From Eledone cirrhosa (taxonomy: Eukaryota): a stretch of DNA of 64,000 nt. Both the position numbers and the translations under genes were made by a program. The notes beneath the pieces were generated by a model. The model was not told the origin of the DNA and ran no database searches. It worked only from the letters and a program-made list of their open reading frames with translations. Location: positions 5,642,001 through 5,706,000 of the forward strand of contig OZ024744.1 of the NCBI GenBank assembly GCA_964016885.1, given 5' to 3'. Positions 43,437 through 60,189 of the stretch are shown here, in pieces; position 1 is the first letter of the stretch, and each line of letters starts with the position of its first letter.

Positions 43437-44331
43437 ATATATATATATACGTGTGTGTTTATATGTATATATGAATATATATTTATATATGTGTGTGAAG
43501 CTCACGCAATAGTACTGTCACCCCATTTACATCTCACACTCAACAAGAAAACTATAATAGGTTACAATGCCACCCTCCCCACTACCACTCCTAACGTCCC
43601 ACCCCCCAACGTCAATCCCCCCGTTACCAACACCAACACCACTCTTACTACAGGAACAGTTGAGAAAATTCTCTTACACCTCTTACAGCTGCAACCATAA
43701 CAACATCACCCCAATCAACCACTGCAATGACCATAACTATACTGTTATAATGGTAATAATAATTTCACTGCTGGCCAACCAATGCACTAACAGCCGGACA
43801 ACATTCCATGGACTTCCAATTCCATGTGTACCGCATGTATGTATTGAAGGAAGAACAAATAAAAATTAATACAGAACACTAAATCACTTGTACTATGGTT
43901 AATCAGGAAACGCGTCCCTCAGGAAAGCGCCAGCTTGAGATCGAAAAGTCCTCCTCTGGCACAAACTCTTCTCCAATAATGGACCTGGATGATCACGTGA
44001 ACATGGATTTCCCCAACTCGAGCCCCCCAGTTCTCCCACCCAAGTCACTCCATAAAAGAAAAATGTAAAAGGACGAAATGGACCCGAGAAGAGTATAAAG
44101 AAGTAATATACACATATTACTTTGCATTAAGTAAGCCATCATAAGACAGACACTGCAAACTCTTACAAAATTTGGAAAACACGGAATCACGCTAGCAGAA
44201 GTGATATGACTTATATTTATGTCATTATCCACAGCATGATTGAGCTCAGTTACAACAATGGGAATAACTGCCACTTCATTGACCACAACCTAAGTCATCT
44301 TAGTGCTCCAGCGTTCCTTCTTCTTTCTCGA

Positions 44332-44514
44332 TCACCCTGTAGTCACCAGGACATTGAAGGTCACTCTGTGGTCATCAGGTCATGCAAGGTCACCCTGTAG
44401 TCACCAGGACATACAAAGTCACCCTGTGGTCACCAGGACATTCAAAGTTACCCTGCGGTCACCAGGACATGCGAGGTCACCCTGAGCTAACCCTGTAGTC
44501 ACCAGAACATGCAA
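44332..44514. repeat. 29-bp minisatellite, about 6 copies
   Basis: Approximate unit TCACCCTGTAGTCACCAGGACATTCAAGG. Confidence 0.85.
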
Positions 44515-44610
44515 TATCTATAATTATACAGGCTCTCTCTTCCTTGTATATTATCAACATGTCTGGTTTCTTGTTTAGAATTTCATGGTAAAATTCAGTT
44601 TTATTTACGT

Positions 44611-44985
44611 GTACTCTCGGGTCTCGATTAATCACCACTCTCCTGCTTAATATTTTTCAGATATTTTCCAAACTTCCACTCTTACCTGGAACCCCGTTTA
44701 TTAAATTTTGCTCATCTATCTCCTGTGAAATTTTATTTTAAGTTGTAGCATTCCTGCGACAATTAATTTTCTTCACATTAAACAACATATACATGACAAC
44801 AAAAGTACATTACTAGAAATCCCATATGTTATAACATAAATAGGATGGGTTGGGGTCTCAATAAGTAAACTAAACGACTAATTCGGGTTTTAAAAATCCA
44901 AGGGAGACAACCTATAAATATTACCAATTTTCCACCCCTCCGCTTATTCTAATCTCTGCCTTATTATTTGGGACCCGAGAGGGTA
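44611..44985. mobile_element. Putative non-autonomous TIR element (Tc1/mariner-type MITE)
   Basis: Imperfect TIRs TACTCTCGGGTCTCGATTAAT ... ATTATTTGGGACCCGAGAG(GG)TA; no ORF. Confidence 0.5.
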
Positions 44986-45691
44986 CATATTTCATACATA
45001 CTGTATATTTCGCTGTTGTATATTTATTAAATGTAAATTGTGCATAATATGTATTTGACATGTATTTGTTCGCTGTTATCTCTTGCTACATAATGTAGTC
45101 ACTGTGTGTCCTATTTATCTGATATATTTCACTGTTATATCCATGTTAACTATTCACCAATTCCTTTGAACAGCTTAATTCTTTATATTCAGCGATAGAT
45201 TCCAATAAAGCCCTTACCTTATTTATCATTCATATCTTGTAAATGTTACTGTAGACGTTCGTTATACGAAGCTATTTCAGATTATAACCATTCCACAGTG
45301 AAAAGGCTATGTAAAATAATCGACTCTTTGCTAAATTGTTGTTTTCTTTTAGCAGAGGAAGTCTCTGGTAAAGGTTACAAGAGATTTTCATTGTGTGTTT
45401 TATGTCGGGTTAATGATATTCGGAATTTTCATGCTCTCAGAAGATATTCCTATGTTACATGTTTCTTCTTCACAAACCAAAAGATTGATACCTACTCCAA
45501 TGATCCAATGAAAGAAATTTGAAATAATCTGAAGTAGTTGCTGTTTAATTTAAGAACAGCCCGAATCTAGAATATTTTGGCTGAAAGGTGTTCTAGCAAT
45601 GACCAACACAACGTTATAAAGTTGTCTGACACTTGTCTGCATATTTCTGTATGATTTCATATAATGACCGACATTATATTATAAAAGAAGT

Positions 45692-45840
45692 TAGAGGAGC
45701 GTGGTCCAGTGGTAACGGTGCTGAATTATGATCATAACGTCGTGGGTTCGATTCCTGGACTGGGTTGTGCGTTGAGTTCTTGAGGAAAACATTTAAATTC
45801 ACATTGCTCCAGTATATTCGGCTGAAAATGAGCAGCAGCA
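45692..45840 (+). mobile_element. tRNA-derived SINE
   Basis: A-box TGGTCCAGTGG and B-box GGTTCGATTCC, followed by GAGTTCTTGAGGAAAACATTT, similar to a conserved SINE central domain. Confidence 0.7.
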
Positions 45841-46022
45841 GTAGCTGGGGCGTAGTGCCATCTCCTGGGGCGAGCCTTGTACTCTTGGGATAAGCACCGA
45901 CCCCATGAGTTCGACACAGACTTTAGAATCTTTGCAAGTTGTCTATCACTAATGTGTGTCTGTGGTAATTGAAGGTATATGTGATAGTTTGAAGGTATAT
46001 GTTGTACTAAGGGGTATAGGTA

Positions 46023-46235
46023 TCGATACGAAGCGAGAATGTATTTGAATTTATATGAAAATGAGAAAACTCATCGCTAGAACAGCCATTAAAACACCGA
46101 AATGCTGTCAAAGACAGTGACTGGAAAATACCTCAGGGGATAGAGAGCAGCGGCCAGTTGTCGGCAGAGAGACAACCCATGAGGTGGATAAAACACTTTT
46201 ATATAAATTCAAATACACTCTCGATTTGTCTCGAT
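46023..46235. repeat. Small element with about 34-bp imperfect terminal inverted repeats
   Basis: CGAGAATGTATTTGAATTTATAT pairs with ATATAAATTCAAATACACTCTCG. Confidence 0.55.
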
Positions 46236-46364
46236 CAGACAACAATGTTTATTCATATATATATATATATATAATGAAAAATTGAACAGGGACAGAACAG
46301 AGAGGCAGTACGATAAATGTTTATTAAATTGTGTGTGTGTGTGTGTGTGTGTGCGTGTGTATGC

Positions 46365-46406
<42 letters not shown>

Positions 46407-46446
46407 TAAAATAACATATTACAGTTTAAGCAAAGAATCGCTGCTT

Positions 46447-46485
<39 letters not shown>

Positions 46486-46751
46486 ATAATAATAAATGTG
46501 AAGACTAAAATCCAAAGAGGGCCCGATAAGTTAAGGGTGAAAGCAGCGATTCTTTGCTTAAACTGTAATATGTTATTTTAATATATATATATAAATATAT
46601 ATATATACACACACACACACACGCATACACACGCACACACACACACACACACATATACATATATATATAATAATAATAATAGTAATAATAATAATAATAA
46701 ATGTAATCTGAGTTTTTCGAATATTAATACTGTTTGGCAGGTGAACAGTGA

Positions 46752-46797
46752 GCTGTACTGATGAAGGGTGATAGCCAGAAACATTAGTGTCTGCAGT
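46752..46797 (+). ncRNA. Type I HHR candidate inside an inverted-repeat element (46695-46935)
   Basis: GCTGTA-CTGATGA-AGG..CCA-GAAA-CA-TTAG-TG-TC-TGCAGT; 6-bp stem I, weak stem II. Confidence 0.55.
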
Positions 46798-46968
46798 TCT
46801 GTTTATATGCCAACACAAGAGCAAGAATGAAGTGTTCATCCTAATGACATGGCTATAATAATGAGGTTTGTTTGCATAATTGCAAACGAATCGAATGTTA
46901 GTATTAATATTCGAAAAAGTCAGATTACATTTATTGTATTCAGCCATGTAGAGCAACATTTTCTTTTT

Positions 46969-47004
<36 letters not shown>

Positions 47005-47019
47005 TCAACAAGCATTATA

Positions 47020-49850
47020 GACACAAGAATAATTTCCTCACAAAATTGGCAACAACTATAACAAAAATTTAAGGATAGCATCTTACATGTTTTGTCTGAC
47101 AAAACGAAAAATCTATACACCATGACTCCTGAAACTTACAACTCTTTCCTTCTGAAGGAACTTAATAAAAACTATTAAAAAAACTATACCCTCCAGTGTA
47201 AACTTACTTAACCGAAAAGCCCAGGCTCTGGTTAAGGAGTTGCATCTGGATTGATTTTTCCACCCTTATGTATCTACAACCCCTAGGTTTTCTCTCAAGG
47301 AACACAAACCAAACTTTATTGAGAACCCATCTATTAGGCTTATAAGCCCAACCACATCTGACTTGGGTCGTATAAGTAAGAACATCCTCGATGATCCCTG
47401 TGGTCCAACACCGGCCAAGTCATTAGATGATTCTCCGATCTAAGGTCTAAGGAATCTATGAGGTTCCTCCAATTTGACATTGACAGCTACTACGCTTCAA
47501 TAACCCCGGCACTGCTTAACAAAGCATTAACCCTAGCCAGCACCAACTCTGACATAACCAATAACGAGATTGACATCATACTTATGGCTAGGCAGACCAT
47601 CATTGAATTCAACGGAGCACTCTGGACTAGAAAAGACAGAACAGACAACTTTGACATCACTATGGGCTCAAGCAACTCTGCGCAAATCACCGATTTAGTT
47701 GGAATGTACCTATTACATAACGCCACAGCTGAAATCCAACCCTTGCAAGGCGGAATATATAGGGACGACGCCCTATTTGCAGTCCACAATTGCACTAATC
47801 GAGGCATTGACTTGCTCAAAAAACAATTACATAGATTTTTTTAAAATAACGGTCTCTCTATCAACATCGAGCCGAACCATAAGGTAGTAAACTTCCTGGA
47901 TGTTACCCTAGATCTTAACAATAACTTATATTACCCTTATCATAAACCAGGTGAAATACTTACATATATTAGCCCACACTCTAACCACTCACCGGCAGTC
48001 ATCAGAGCAGTCATCAAATCGATCTCGTATAGGATCTCCATGCTATCCGCAAATGAGGAGATATTTATAAACCATGTGGTATATTATAATAAGGCTCTTT
48101 CTGAATCTGGTTATGAACAATCCATTTACTACATACCTAAATGCCATAACACAGCAATTCACCATAATAAACTTAACACTAGAACTAGAAATACCTTAGC
48201 ATATAGCCAGATTCGCCGGAATTTTAGCAATAACAGCACTTATACAGGGAACCTTAATGGTGGCAGTGGCCTACTTCCCACTCAAGTAGCAAACTCAAAA
48301 TAAACCCTAGAATAGGAATGAGCAATGGGATGACAAATAACAAATGCCCAGGTAATAATAACCCTATGAAGGCCCCTACCAACTCCACTAGAACCCCTAG
48401 AAATATCACCTGGCTTAACCCCCCATTCTCATCTAATCTAGCCACTAATATCCCTAAACGCTTATTCTCTATCCCATCTAACCCTCCCCCCCCCCCCCCA
48501 ACTATAGATATTACAAACTCTTTAATAAAAACAACATTAAAATCTCATTCTCCACAACACCTAACCTAGCAAGCCACATAGCATCCAGTAACCATCATAA
48601 ACTAAGACAGTATAACCACACACCGCGGTACCCACCTCCTCAAATACACAACGCCACTACACCAATACTTACTCTAGTAGCATACCTCCCTCATCTAATT
48701 CTTCTAACACGCACCAACCGCATAATTTAAACAACCCTACCCTCACTAACCGAAGCAGTAACTGCAACTGCCGTTACCCTAATGCATGCCCACTAAACGG
48801 AAAATGTCTTACACGCAATATAGTTTATAGGTGCATAGTTAAAACAGCATCACATACCAGCTCCTTTATTGGTTCTATCTCTAACCCTTTTAAGGTACGC
48901 TATAACGCGCACTCATTTTCCTTCCGAGACTCTAGCAATAGATGTTCAACATCTCTAGCTAGGCTCATTAAAATCTTAAATTAAACAACATTGAACACTC
49001 ACTAACATGGGATATCTTGGCTAGGGCCCAACCGTTCAATAGATGAAGAAACTCTTGTGATCTCTGTATTACCGAAGCCTATTACATAACTCTATCACGA
49101 CCTCTACCGATTAATGATAGAACGGAGGTAACTATTAGCTGTCAACATCGAAGGGCAAATTACTTCGCCAACAGAATATTTGGTCCAACATAGTCATCTA
49201 ATCCCACTTTTACTTATAGCTAACATGTTAAATAGTTAACCCTAACTTAGATAATTATAAGTTACCTCCCTTACATTGTCTCTCACTTAAACTCATTAGC
49301 ACTTCTTAACTATAAACCACCTACAATTTCTAATTTCTCGAGGAGTTACTTCCCCTGAAACCAACCTCTAATTAGTAAGATAAATATGTCCTTAGGCAGC
49401 CATCTTGTTACCCATAGGCAGATCTCGCACAATGCAGCCTCGACAGAAGAATATTGCTCGCCTATGGCAGACAATAGATAGATGCAGGATACTATAGTGA
49501 AATACCAATATATGGAACATTACACTCATGTAACCATCTTTCTTTACCTTAATCAATATTTCAATATTTCAATATTCCTTATCAATATTTTCATTATCTC
49601 TTTTGAAGTTCCGATGAACTGCTCCATTTTTACCTAAGTTAATTATCTTCACCTGAACCAGATCAATAATGATCTATAATCATTTGATCCAGAAACATTA
49701 TATGGAGTAGCGAAACAATTGTAAACGGATATTATTAGTATTATTATTATTCCTTACCTTCCTTACATTAAACTAAAACTATGTTGACAATCTTTAAATA
49801 ATATCTTCCTTGTGAAATTTGTGGTCTTGTTTTGCTTAACTAATGTATAT
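47020..49850 (+). mobile_element. Decayed Penelope-like element: RT, linker, C-terminal GIY-YIG and 3' pseudo-LTR (Nematis-like from memory)
   Basis: KEHKPNF..P.IRLISP, FDIDSYYASI, FDITMGS, IYRDD, NFLDVTL, ITWLNPPFS, CNCR..CPLNGKCL, IVYRC...FIG, CDLC...CQH in order, with stops and frameshifts. HHR-like motif at 49608-49726. Confidence 0.88.
49608..49726 (+). ncRNA. HHR-like motif in the PLE pseudo-LTR
   Basis: GTT-CCGATGA-A-CTGCTCCA...TGGAGTAG-C-GAAA-CAATTG-TA-AAC (U4->C). A more degenerate relative lies at about 53050-53107. Confidence 0.55.
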
Positions 49851-49928
49851 ATATATACATATATGTAGTTCTATTTAAATTGTTGGGATACAACAAGCAA
49901 ATATTTTTATAATTATTGGAGTAAAAAT

Positions 49929-50353
<425 letters not shown>

Positions 50354-50429
50354 CCCGGTTCAATCGGGGGTAACCACAGTAAGGTACTCAATACATAGCA
50401 GAGTATATAAAGTGTTTAATATAGAAATG

Positions 50430-50479
50430 GCTTCTACAGGACTAGAACTGTTTCATTCGAGGGAAATCATCAGGAAAGC
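50430..50479 (-). ncRNA. Type I HHR candidate inside inverted repeat 50415-50546
   Basis: CTTTC-CTGATGA-T-TTC-CCTC-GAA-T-GAAA-CAG...CTG-TA-GAAG. Confidence 0.6.
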
Positions 50480-50565
50480 GCCGTCTGTCCAGATCGTTTC
50501 CTTCGTGAAACAGATCTAGTCCTGTAGAAGCCATTTCTATATTAAATATTATACACACACACACG

Positions 50566-50633
<68 letters not shown>

Positions 50634-50708
50634 GAAGGAAATGTGGTAAGGAACCAGGTGGACCATAACGCACCAAAGTACTCAATACTTAGGGTAGTAG
50701 AGTGGGTA

Positions 50709-50810
50709 ATAGGAACAAGTAAAACCCCGACGGCTGAGCACAAGCCGTTTCGACGGCTAATTAGCCGTCGAAACGGCTTGAGCTCAGCCGTCGGGGTCTT
50801 ACTTGTTCCT
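50709..50810. repeat. Near-perfect 102-bp palindrome of a PLE pseudo-LTR end
   Basis: Centre GACGGCTAATTAGCCGTC; contains only the GAAA-stem III-GTC half of an HHR. Confidence 0.8.
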
Positions 50811-50909
50811 ATATATATATATGTAAAAGGTAAACAGAAATAACAACACAATCGGTACAGTATATGGAAGGAATATATTAGGTTAATGCTTGAAATAGCA
50901 GGAAGAGGG

Positions 50910-50945
50910 TCTTAACGTTTCGGACGCTAGTCCTTCATCAGAAGA
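50910..50945 (-). ncRNA. Minimal PLE-type HHR with extra A; degenerate relative at 59181-59216 (+)
   Basis: TCTT-CTGATGA-A-GGAC-TAGC-GTCC-GAAA-CG-TT-AAGA. Confidence 0.7.
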
Positions 50946-51309
50946 AAGAATGAGAAATTAGAGAGATTGAGGGGACGGGCGGGTTGGTATTGGAAAAAAA
51001 GGCCTTTAGATAAAAATAACAGGTTCATTCATGTTGACATCTCTTAAGTGTGAAGAATAAACACAAAATTTACCCAACATTTCTTCGTAGTTCAGAAGAA
51101 TTAACTAAATAAATAATCAATTAATCTGAGCTAAATCTAAAATATAAATGTGAAGAAAAAATAGATAAACATTTCCGAATTTCTCTCCGTTAGTCCCGAC
51201 TGCTGTCAGGTTCGCTTGTGCTATGTAGAATAAGTGCAAGTTCGTTGTAATTGCACCCTCTCTATGAGGCTTTAAGCTTTTCAAGAGACTCCCTCAATTA
51301 AGACTAATA

Positions 51310-51790
51310 TTTTCTCAATGACAGGTGAAGGACATATGGAGACATTCCAGATGGTTTTAAAGAGTTGAGGAACTCTGTCAGGTGTTTGAAAGATTCCGAC
51401 TGTTCCACCACAGTGTCAACAGATTGATAAAGGTTCGAAACCTTTGGAATTCTTTTTAATAGCTTTTGATTAACCAATTTTACAATCACATTTTTAGGGG
51501 TCAATATAGCCCTTTCACTGAGCCACTTGTGATGTGCGAACATCAATATTAGGGAACACTTTTTCTATGAGATGGAATAATGATTCCACCATCATGCCTA
51601 TGGAACTTATATCAATAGCTCCATTGCTATCCACGGGAAGTATTCCGTCCCCCAGCATTAATAGAATCTGGGTGAACTGCTCTGATTGTTCGTCACAGCC
51701 AATATATGCGTTCATATCTTCAAAACTTTTATACAAACTCCAAAGTGTCGACATTTTCAAACAGGCTCAGATTTGATCCAATCCTATTGA
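51310..51790 (-). pseudogene. Helitron PIF1-like helicase fragment
   Basis: LLMLGDG, LIEKVFPNI, WLSERAILTPKN, YQSVD and EFLNSLKPSGMSP..L.L. Confidence 0.8.
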
Positions 51791-51795
51791 TCTCT

Positions 51796-52139
<344 letters not shown>

Positions 52140-53149
52140 GACAGGTTTGCGGTCGTACCCCTGGTAGAGGAGACTTCTGGTGTCCTTGGCCTTAGGGCTA
52201 CCTCCTTACTCACCACCATAGGTGCTGAGGTGGCCAGCCGCAGGTGTGAGTCCTGCGAGTTCGAGTGGCTTTTCCAGCGTGTCTCCCTTGCTGTCCTCCA
52301 GGGAAATGCCTCTCCATTCTGACCACCGGGGCTGTGGTGGAGCCCCATCGCGTATCATTCCATATTTAGTTGTGGTCGGTGTGTGTGTGTGTGTGTTTGT
52401 ATATATTGCTTTTGTTTTCATTCAGCATCATGTCATTCTTCATTGCTTTTCTCTACTAATAAATTATATTTTGAAAAATAAAATAATAAAATATAAAAAA
52501 AACCCAAAAAACTATATGTAAGCCCCCCTCCTCCCCCCCCCCAAAAAAAACTGGCACTATATTTTTCTGACTATGACGTTGTTTTAACTATATTTGTAAC
52601 TGTAATGTTTTATCTTCATACTTTGATGAGTGATATATATTATCTGTTTTACAGAATGATTTGTATTGGTATTTTAAATAAACTCTGATGACATACATAG
52701 TTTATGCTCACTAATTGCAAATTGTTAAATAAAATCATTTTCTGTCTGTGGTATATTACTGTGGGAAGATACAGTTATTACATAACTTGAACTTTTAAAT
52801 TCTTTTGTCTCTAAACAAATTGTAACTATATAACGGCTCTGCACGATACTATCATTGCATTGGACTAAAATACACTGAGTAAATGATTAAAATTTACTCT
52901 CATTAATATTACTATTATATATATATATATTTATATATATATATAATAGTAGAACACTGGAGGGTTATATCCGTAGTAGTAGAGCACTCAGTCCATGGGA
53001 CGAGTTAGGTAGAAGTAGTTCCACAACAGTTAGTTCACCATACCGAGAACACTTGTTGAACCGGCAGACAGCTCTCGAACTGTCTGCCAGCGAAACAATT
53101 GTAACACACGATAATTTGAGTTCAGATGCATCACTGACTTTTCATTTTC

Positions 53150-53225
<76 letters not shown>

Positions 53226-53366
53226 TTTACGTATCGAGAAAGAGAAAAAATACATATAGTTATTTGCCAAGTAGCGTATGCCAAAGGTGCTCGATACTAG
53301 TGCCGGCAGTATTAAATATTCGAAGTGTTAATATTTAGTGGGCTAGAGAGTTAGCAGAGCGTAAGC

Positions 53367-55010
<1,644 letters not shown>

Positions 55011-55103
55011 TTGCAGAGGTTTTATTTAATTTGTTGGGATTCAACAAGCTTAAACATGTTTATAACTGATATAAAGCACTCAACAGTTTGGTGGAGTAAA
55101 TAC

Positions 55104-55465
55104 ACAATATATTAATAAATGGAAACTATATTTATAAAACGATCATTATTTTATTATATATATTTCAAGGGCGACCAAGGTAAATTATGGTGCGCTTTCA
55201 TCAGATAAAATACAGATTTGTTTTATAAATAAATATTGACATACCCGGAAAAAAGACAACCTCAACGGTTGAAATTCGCTGGATATCCATCAAATTTCAA
55301 CCGTTGAGGTTGTCTTTTTTCCGGGTATGTCAATATTTATTTATAAAACAAATCTGTATTTTATCTGATGAAAGCGCACCATAATTTACCTTGGTCGCCC
55401 TTGAAATATATATAATAAAATAATGATGGTTTTATAGATATAGTTTCCAGTTATTAATATATTGT
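55104..55465. mobile_element. PLE family B palindrome with HHRs (55357-55422 +, 55147-55212 -)
   Basis: Arms 55104-55276 and 55293-55465; TATTTTAT-CTGATGA-AAG...CTT-GAAA-TATATA-TA-ATAAAATA with a perfect 8-bp stem I. Confidence 0.8.
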
Positions 55466-55480
55466 ATTTATATATATATA

Positions 55481-56405
<925 letters not shown>

Positions 56406-56703
56406 CTGTGTGTGTGTGTGTATTTATATATGTACGCTTTAAATATTTATTTTTTAACAGTAATGACCAGTTATCTAAAACGGCTGAGCTATGTAATTAC
56501 GCAGTCCAGAACACAATTTCGCGACACACCCAACCATTATACAACCTCGCTATTGCATCTAAACATTGAAATAACAATGCAGCTAGTTAGAAAGCTTTAC
56601 ATATAATTTAACGCCTATATGAAATTTGAATTTCATTATACTATTTAATATAGCCTGTCTAGTAAAACACAACACAACACAACACAACACAACACAACAC
56701 AAC

Positions 56704-56737
<34 letters not shown>

Positions 56738-59272
56738 AAAATACATTGCTGCTGATCATCAAAGACAGAATGTTGTTTATTATCGATTTCAACAGAAATA
56801 TTGCAGACTGTTTTCCCTGAAGAGATTTGCATTTTTATATTCATTTGTAAATGTCTGGCACATTACCGATACCACAGCACAAAATTCTATGAAGCAAATT
56901 GTATTGACGACAGATTTGTATTCTAAACCAAGAAAATATTTATTCAAAAATATAAAATAATAAAAAAAAAATTTGAACAAAAGCATATTGTAAGTGTTTG
57001 GAAATAAGGCACAGCACTGTTAATCAGAATGGATTTGAATGAGTGAATACTGTAAAGAAAACTATTTCGCCGCTACAAAAACAATGACGTTTACATGTTA
57101 ACTTCTATAATTTCAATAATTTATATTTATATTTGTTAAGGGAAAATACTTGTAAATATCCATAATTATATAAAGGCTACAGACGTTTCATTTTGAAACA
57201 GGAAAAAAAAAAAAAAAAAATACAGAAATTCATATGCAAAAAAAAACAAAACAAAGCAAAAAAACATTTTACACCATTTTTCTAGTATATGTTGTTGTTT
57301 TAAATTTTATTTTCAAGACATTTCTAAGAGAAATATTCGTTTGTTTATTGGTTAATTTTATCGGGTGATGTGTTTCATAACCAGATATAATTGTCCAAGT
57401 ATGAGAAAATAATAATATGATTGTAGGGTATGTGATATAATTTTCTTCTTTCGTTTATTCTCAGCATGTGTTTGGCAGATTTCATTACATGTTTTTATTT
57501 TATCGATACATTGATAGAGGGTGCATGTTTAATTGTTAGAATACACACCTTATAACACACGTCATTCAATGGTAATTCTAACAGAAATGTCACCATGTAG
57601 AACTGTAATTAAGCCACTTCTAAAACGTTAAAAATATTATTAATTGAATATAATGAAGCTTAATATTGTTGAAAGTGTCTTTATCTTTAGCAACAGACAC
57701 ATCTGATACTCTCAATTCCTTCGGTGGGATTTGATAACATTGATACCGACATAAATATCATGTTATAAGACAACTTTCTTATAGCATTATAAGTCCTTGT
57801 TGTTGTTGCAATTTTTGTTGCTGTAGCTCACATAGAGAGATAGGCTAAACCTAAAGACTGAAAATAAACTGCAATTTGAACATCTGGAATTTGGATACCC
57901 GGAAATTGAGGATAGTTTGTACCGGAAGTGGCAACCCTAACTTGTAACAGGATGTTAGTATAAGGAAAACGTTGGTTATTAAGAACCATTTAAAAGCACT
58001 ACAAGTGGGCACTGCCACCAAGCAAGGACACTGAACAAGACAAACTGATCCCGGATCATTGAAGGGGACATTGAAGCCTTTTCTAGCAGAGTTGTAGTAA
58101 GTTTTGCTGGCAACAATAAACTCCCCTTAGTTGCATGAATAAACACATGAGAAATGACAATAATATTCCGTCCTTAAAGATTAAAACAAAGCACAAAAGC
58201 TTACAGTAGTTGTTGTTGGTATAAAGTCAGTAGATCTTTTGTGGTGGTTGGTTGTGGTGAGTGTGGTGGTCGTGTTAAATCACTTCACATTTAACTCTAC
58301 AAAATACTTCAGCAATGCTGGTGTAGTCACTGCCTTCGTTTCTTTTACTACCGACACATCTTTCAATGGAAAGAAACAATATAATTATTAATAAGAAGAG
58401 TTGAAATTAATGCAAGCAAAATTTCACAGCTTTAGAATTATTCCTTCATAGTCGACCTGTAAACCTTTCACATCACCCTCGTTTGATATTTATGCTCCTA
58501 GCGTAGTCGAGCAACATTTTGTGAGTTAGTGTGTGGGCTATTTCTAATGTTACCAATTACCACATTCATCCTAGCAAACATTGGAATTTTATTTTTATCC
58601 TACACGTGGCTTGAGCAAGGCTGGCCTCCCATTCTTCGGGATCTAATTTTTCTGGAATTACAAGGTGTCTACTGATGATTGTTAGTTCTTGGCTTCACAA
58701 TTTGCCGATGTTAATCAACGGTAAATATTAATGAGTTTTGTTGCATGAAATCGTACCATATAGACCTGTTATCCACTTTACTCCAGTAAACATGACGGCT
58801 GGGAGACGCTTTCAGGAACGCATATGTCTGCTGGACGTACGAGTAGAAGGACGTGTGCTTTTTTTCCTGCTGATACTATATCACAAAATCGAATTTCATC
58901 TGAAGATACCGTTCTCAAAACAACAACAAATGTATGAATTACATCTTGGATTGCATGGAAGAACCGTTGAAATAATTATAATGAATAAACGATTTATGTA
59001 ACATCAGTATCTTTATTAATGTTATTATTATACCAAATCCCGCCGAGGTTAACTTTGCCTTTCATCCTTACCAGTCAAAATTACTAGTTGAGTACGCTCA
59101 TGTGGTATTTTCGACGTTTGTTTTCCGTTCCTTCTTTATATTCTCTATTTTTCTATTTTATCTTTTATTTCAAATTCTATGTTCTAATGAAGGACTAGTT
59201 TCCGAAACGTTAAAACTCTATTCTTGTTATTTCAAGCATTACACTAATATATTTCTTCAAGTACTATTTAAT

Positions 59273-59326
<54 letters not shown>

Positions 59327-59328
59327 AC

Positions 59329-59359
<31 letters not shown>

Positions 59360-59579
59360 TATATATATATAAGGTAAAGCTCGAATGTTATTTTATTGCC
59401 CACAGTAAGATTGGAAAAAGACATTTCAGAGTGTAATCCGATTTGTATATTTCCAGTCATAACAGTTTTATAAATTCGAGGCATAAATGAAATGAAGAAA
59501 AAATTACCAGGTTTGAATTATTTTTTATTCATTTTGTACATACAGTAATGCACCAGCTTCAACATTCGGTAATGAGAAG

Positions 59580-60170
59580 AAGGGAGGTAGGTGTAAAAGC
59601 CAAACTCCCTATCTACAATTCGGTATTGGTGCCAACATTACCTATTGTCATGAATCTTGGGGCATGACCGAAAGAATATGATCGCGAATACAAGCGGCCG
59701 AAATGGGATTCTTCCGAAGGGTCTTTGGAATAACATTACTCGAAAAAGTGTATAACTCGGATATCAGAGAGTCACTCCAGGTAGAGCTGCTACTTCTCCG
59801 AATTGAGAGATCACAGCTCCGATACTATGGACATGTGGTTAGAATGTCTCAGGAAAGAATCACTGAACAGATTTTATAGGCAAAACTAACTGGCAGGAGA
59901 CCCAGGGGTAGACTCCAAGCAAGATGTTTGGATAACATCCATGAGCTTGGCTGGTCTCGCTTGGAGGTCAAGCCGGATCAGTTGGAGAAGGTTGCTTCTG
60001 ACAGGACCTGCTGGAAGGAGTGTTTGAGGACTCTGGCCCCACGACCCTCTCAGGGATATGTGGGCGAAGAAGAAGAAGAAGAAGAAGAAGAAGAAGAAGA
60101 AGAAGAAGAAGAAGAAGAAGAAGAAGAAGAAGAAGAAGAAGAAGAAGAAGAAGAAGAAGAAGAAGAAGAA
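59580..60170 (+). mobile_element. 3' end of an RTE-clade LINE with (GAA)n tail
   Basis: IYNSVLVPTL.Y.HESW...IQAAEMGFFRR...SQLRYYGHVVRM...GRRPRGR, then (GAA)n. Confidence 0.8.
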
Positions 60171-60189
60171 CGAGGAGGAGGGCAGTGGG

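Noticed and set aside
52140-52345. HDV-like ribozyme in a GC-rich segment (also considered for 63385-63500)
   Set aside because: I could not build the nested double pseudoknot by eye; probably LINE/SINE UTR fragments.
56450-59030. Host exons in the unique-looking region
   Set aside because: No convincing ORF, domain or splice-consistent reading frame found without transcript data.
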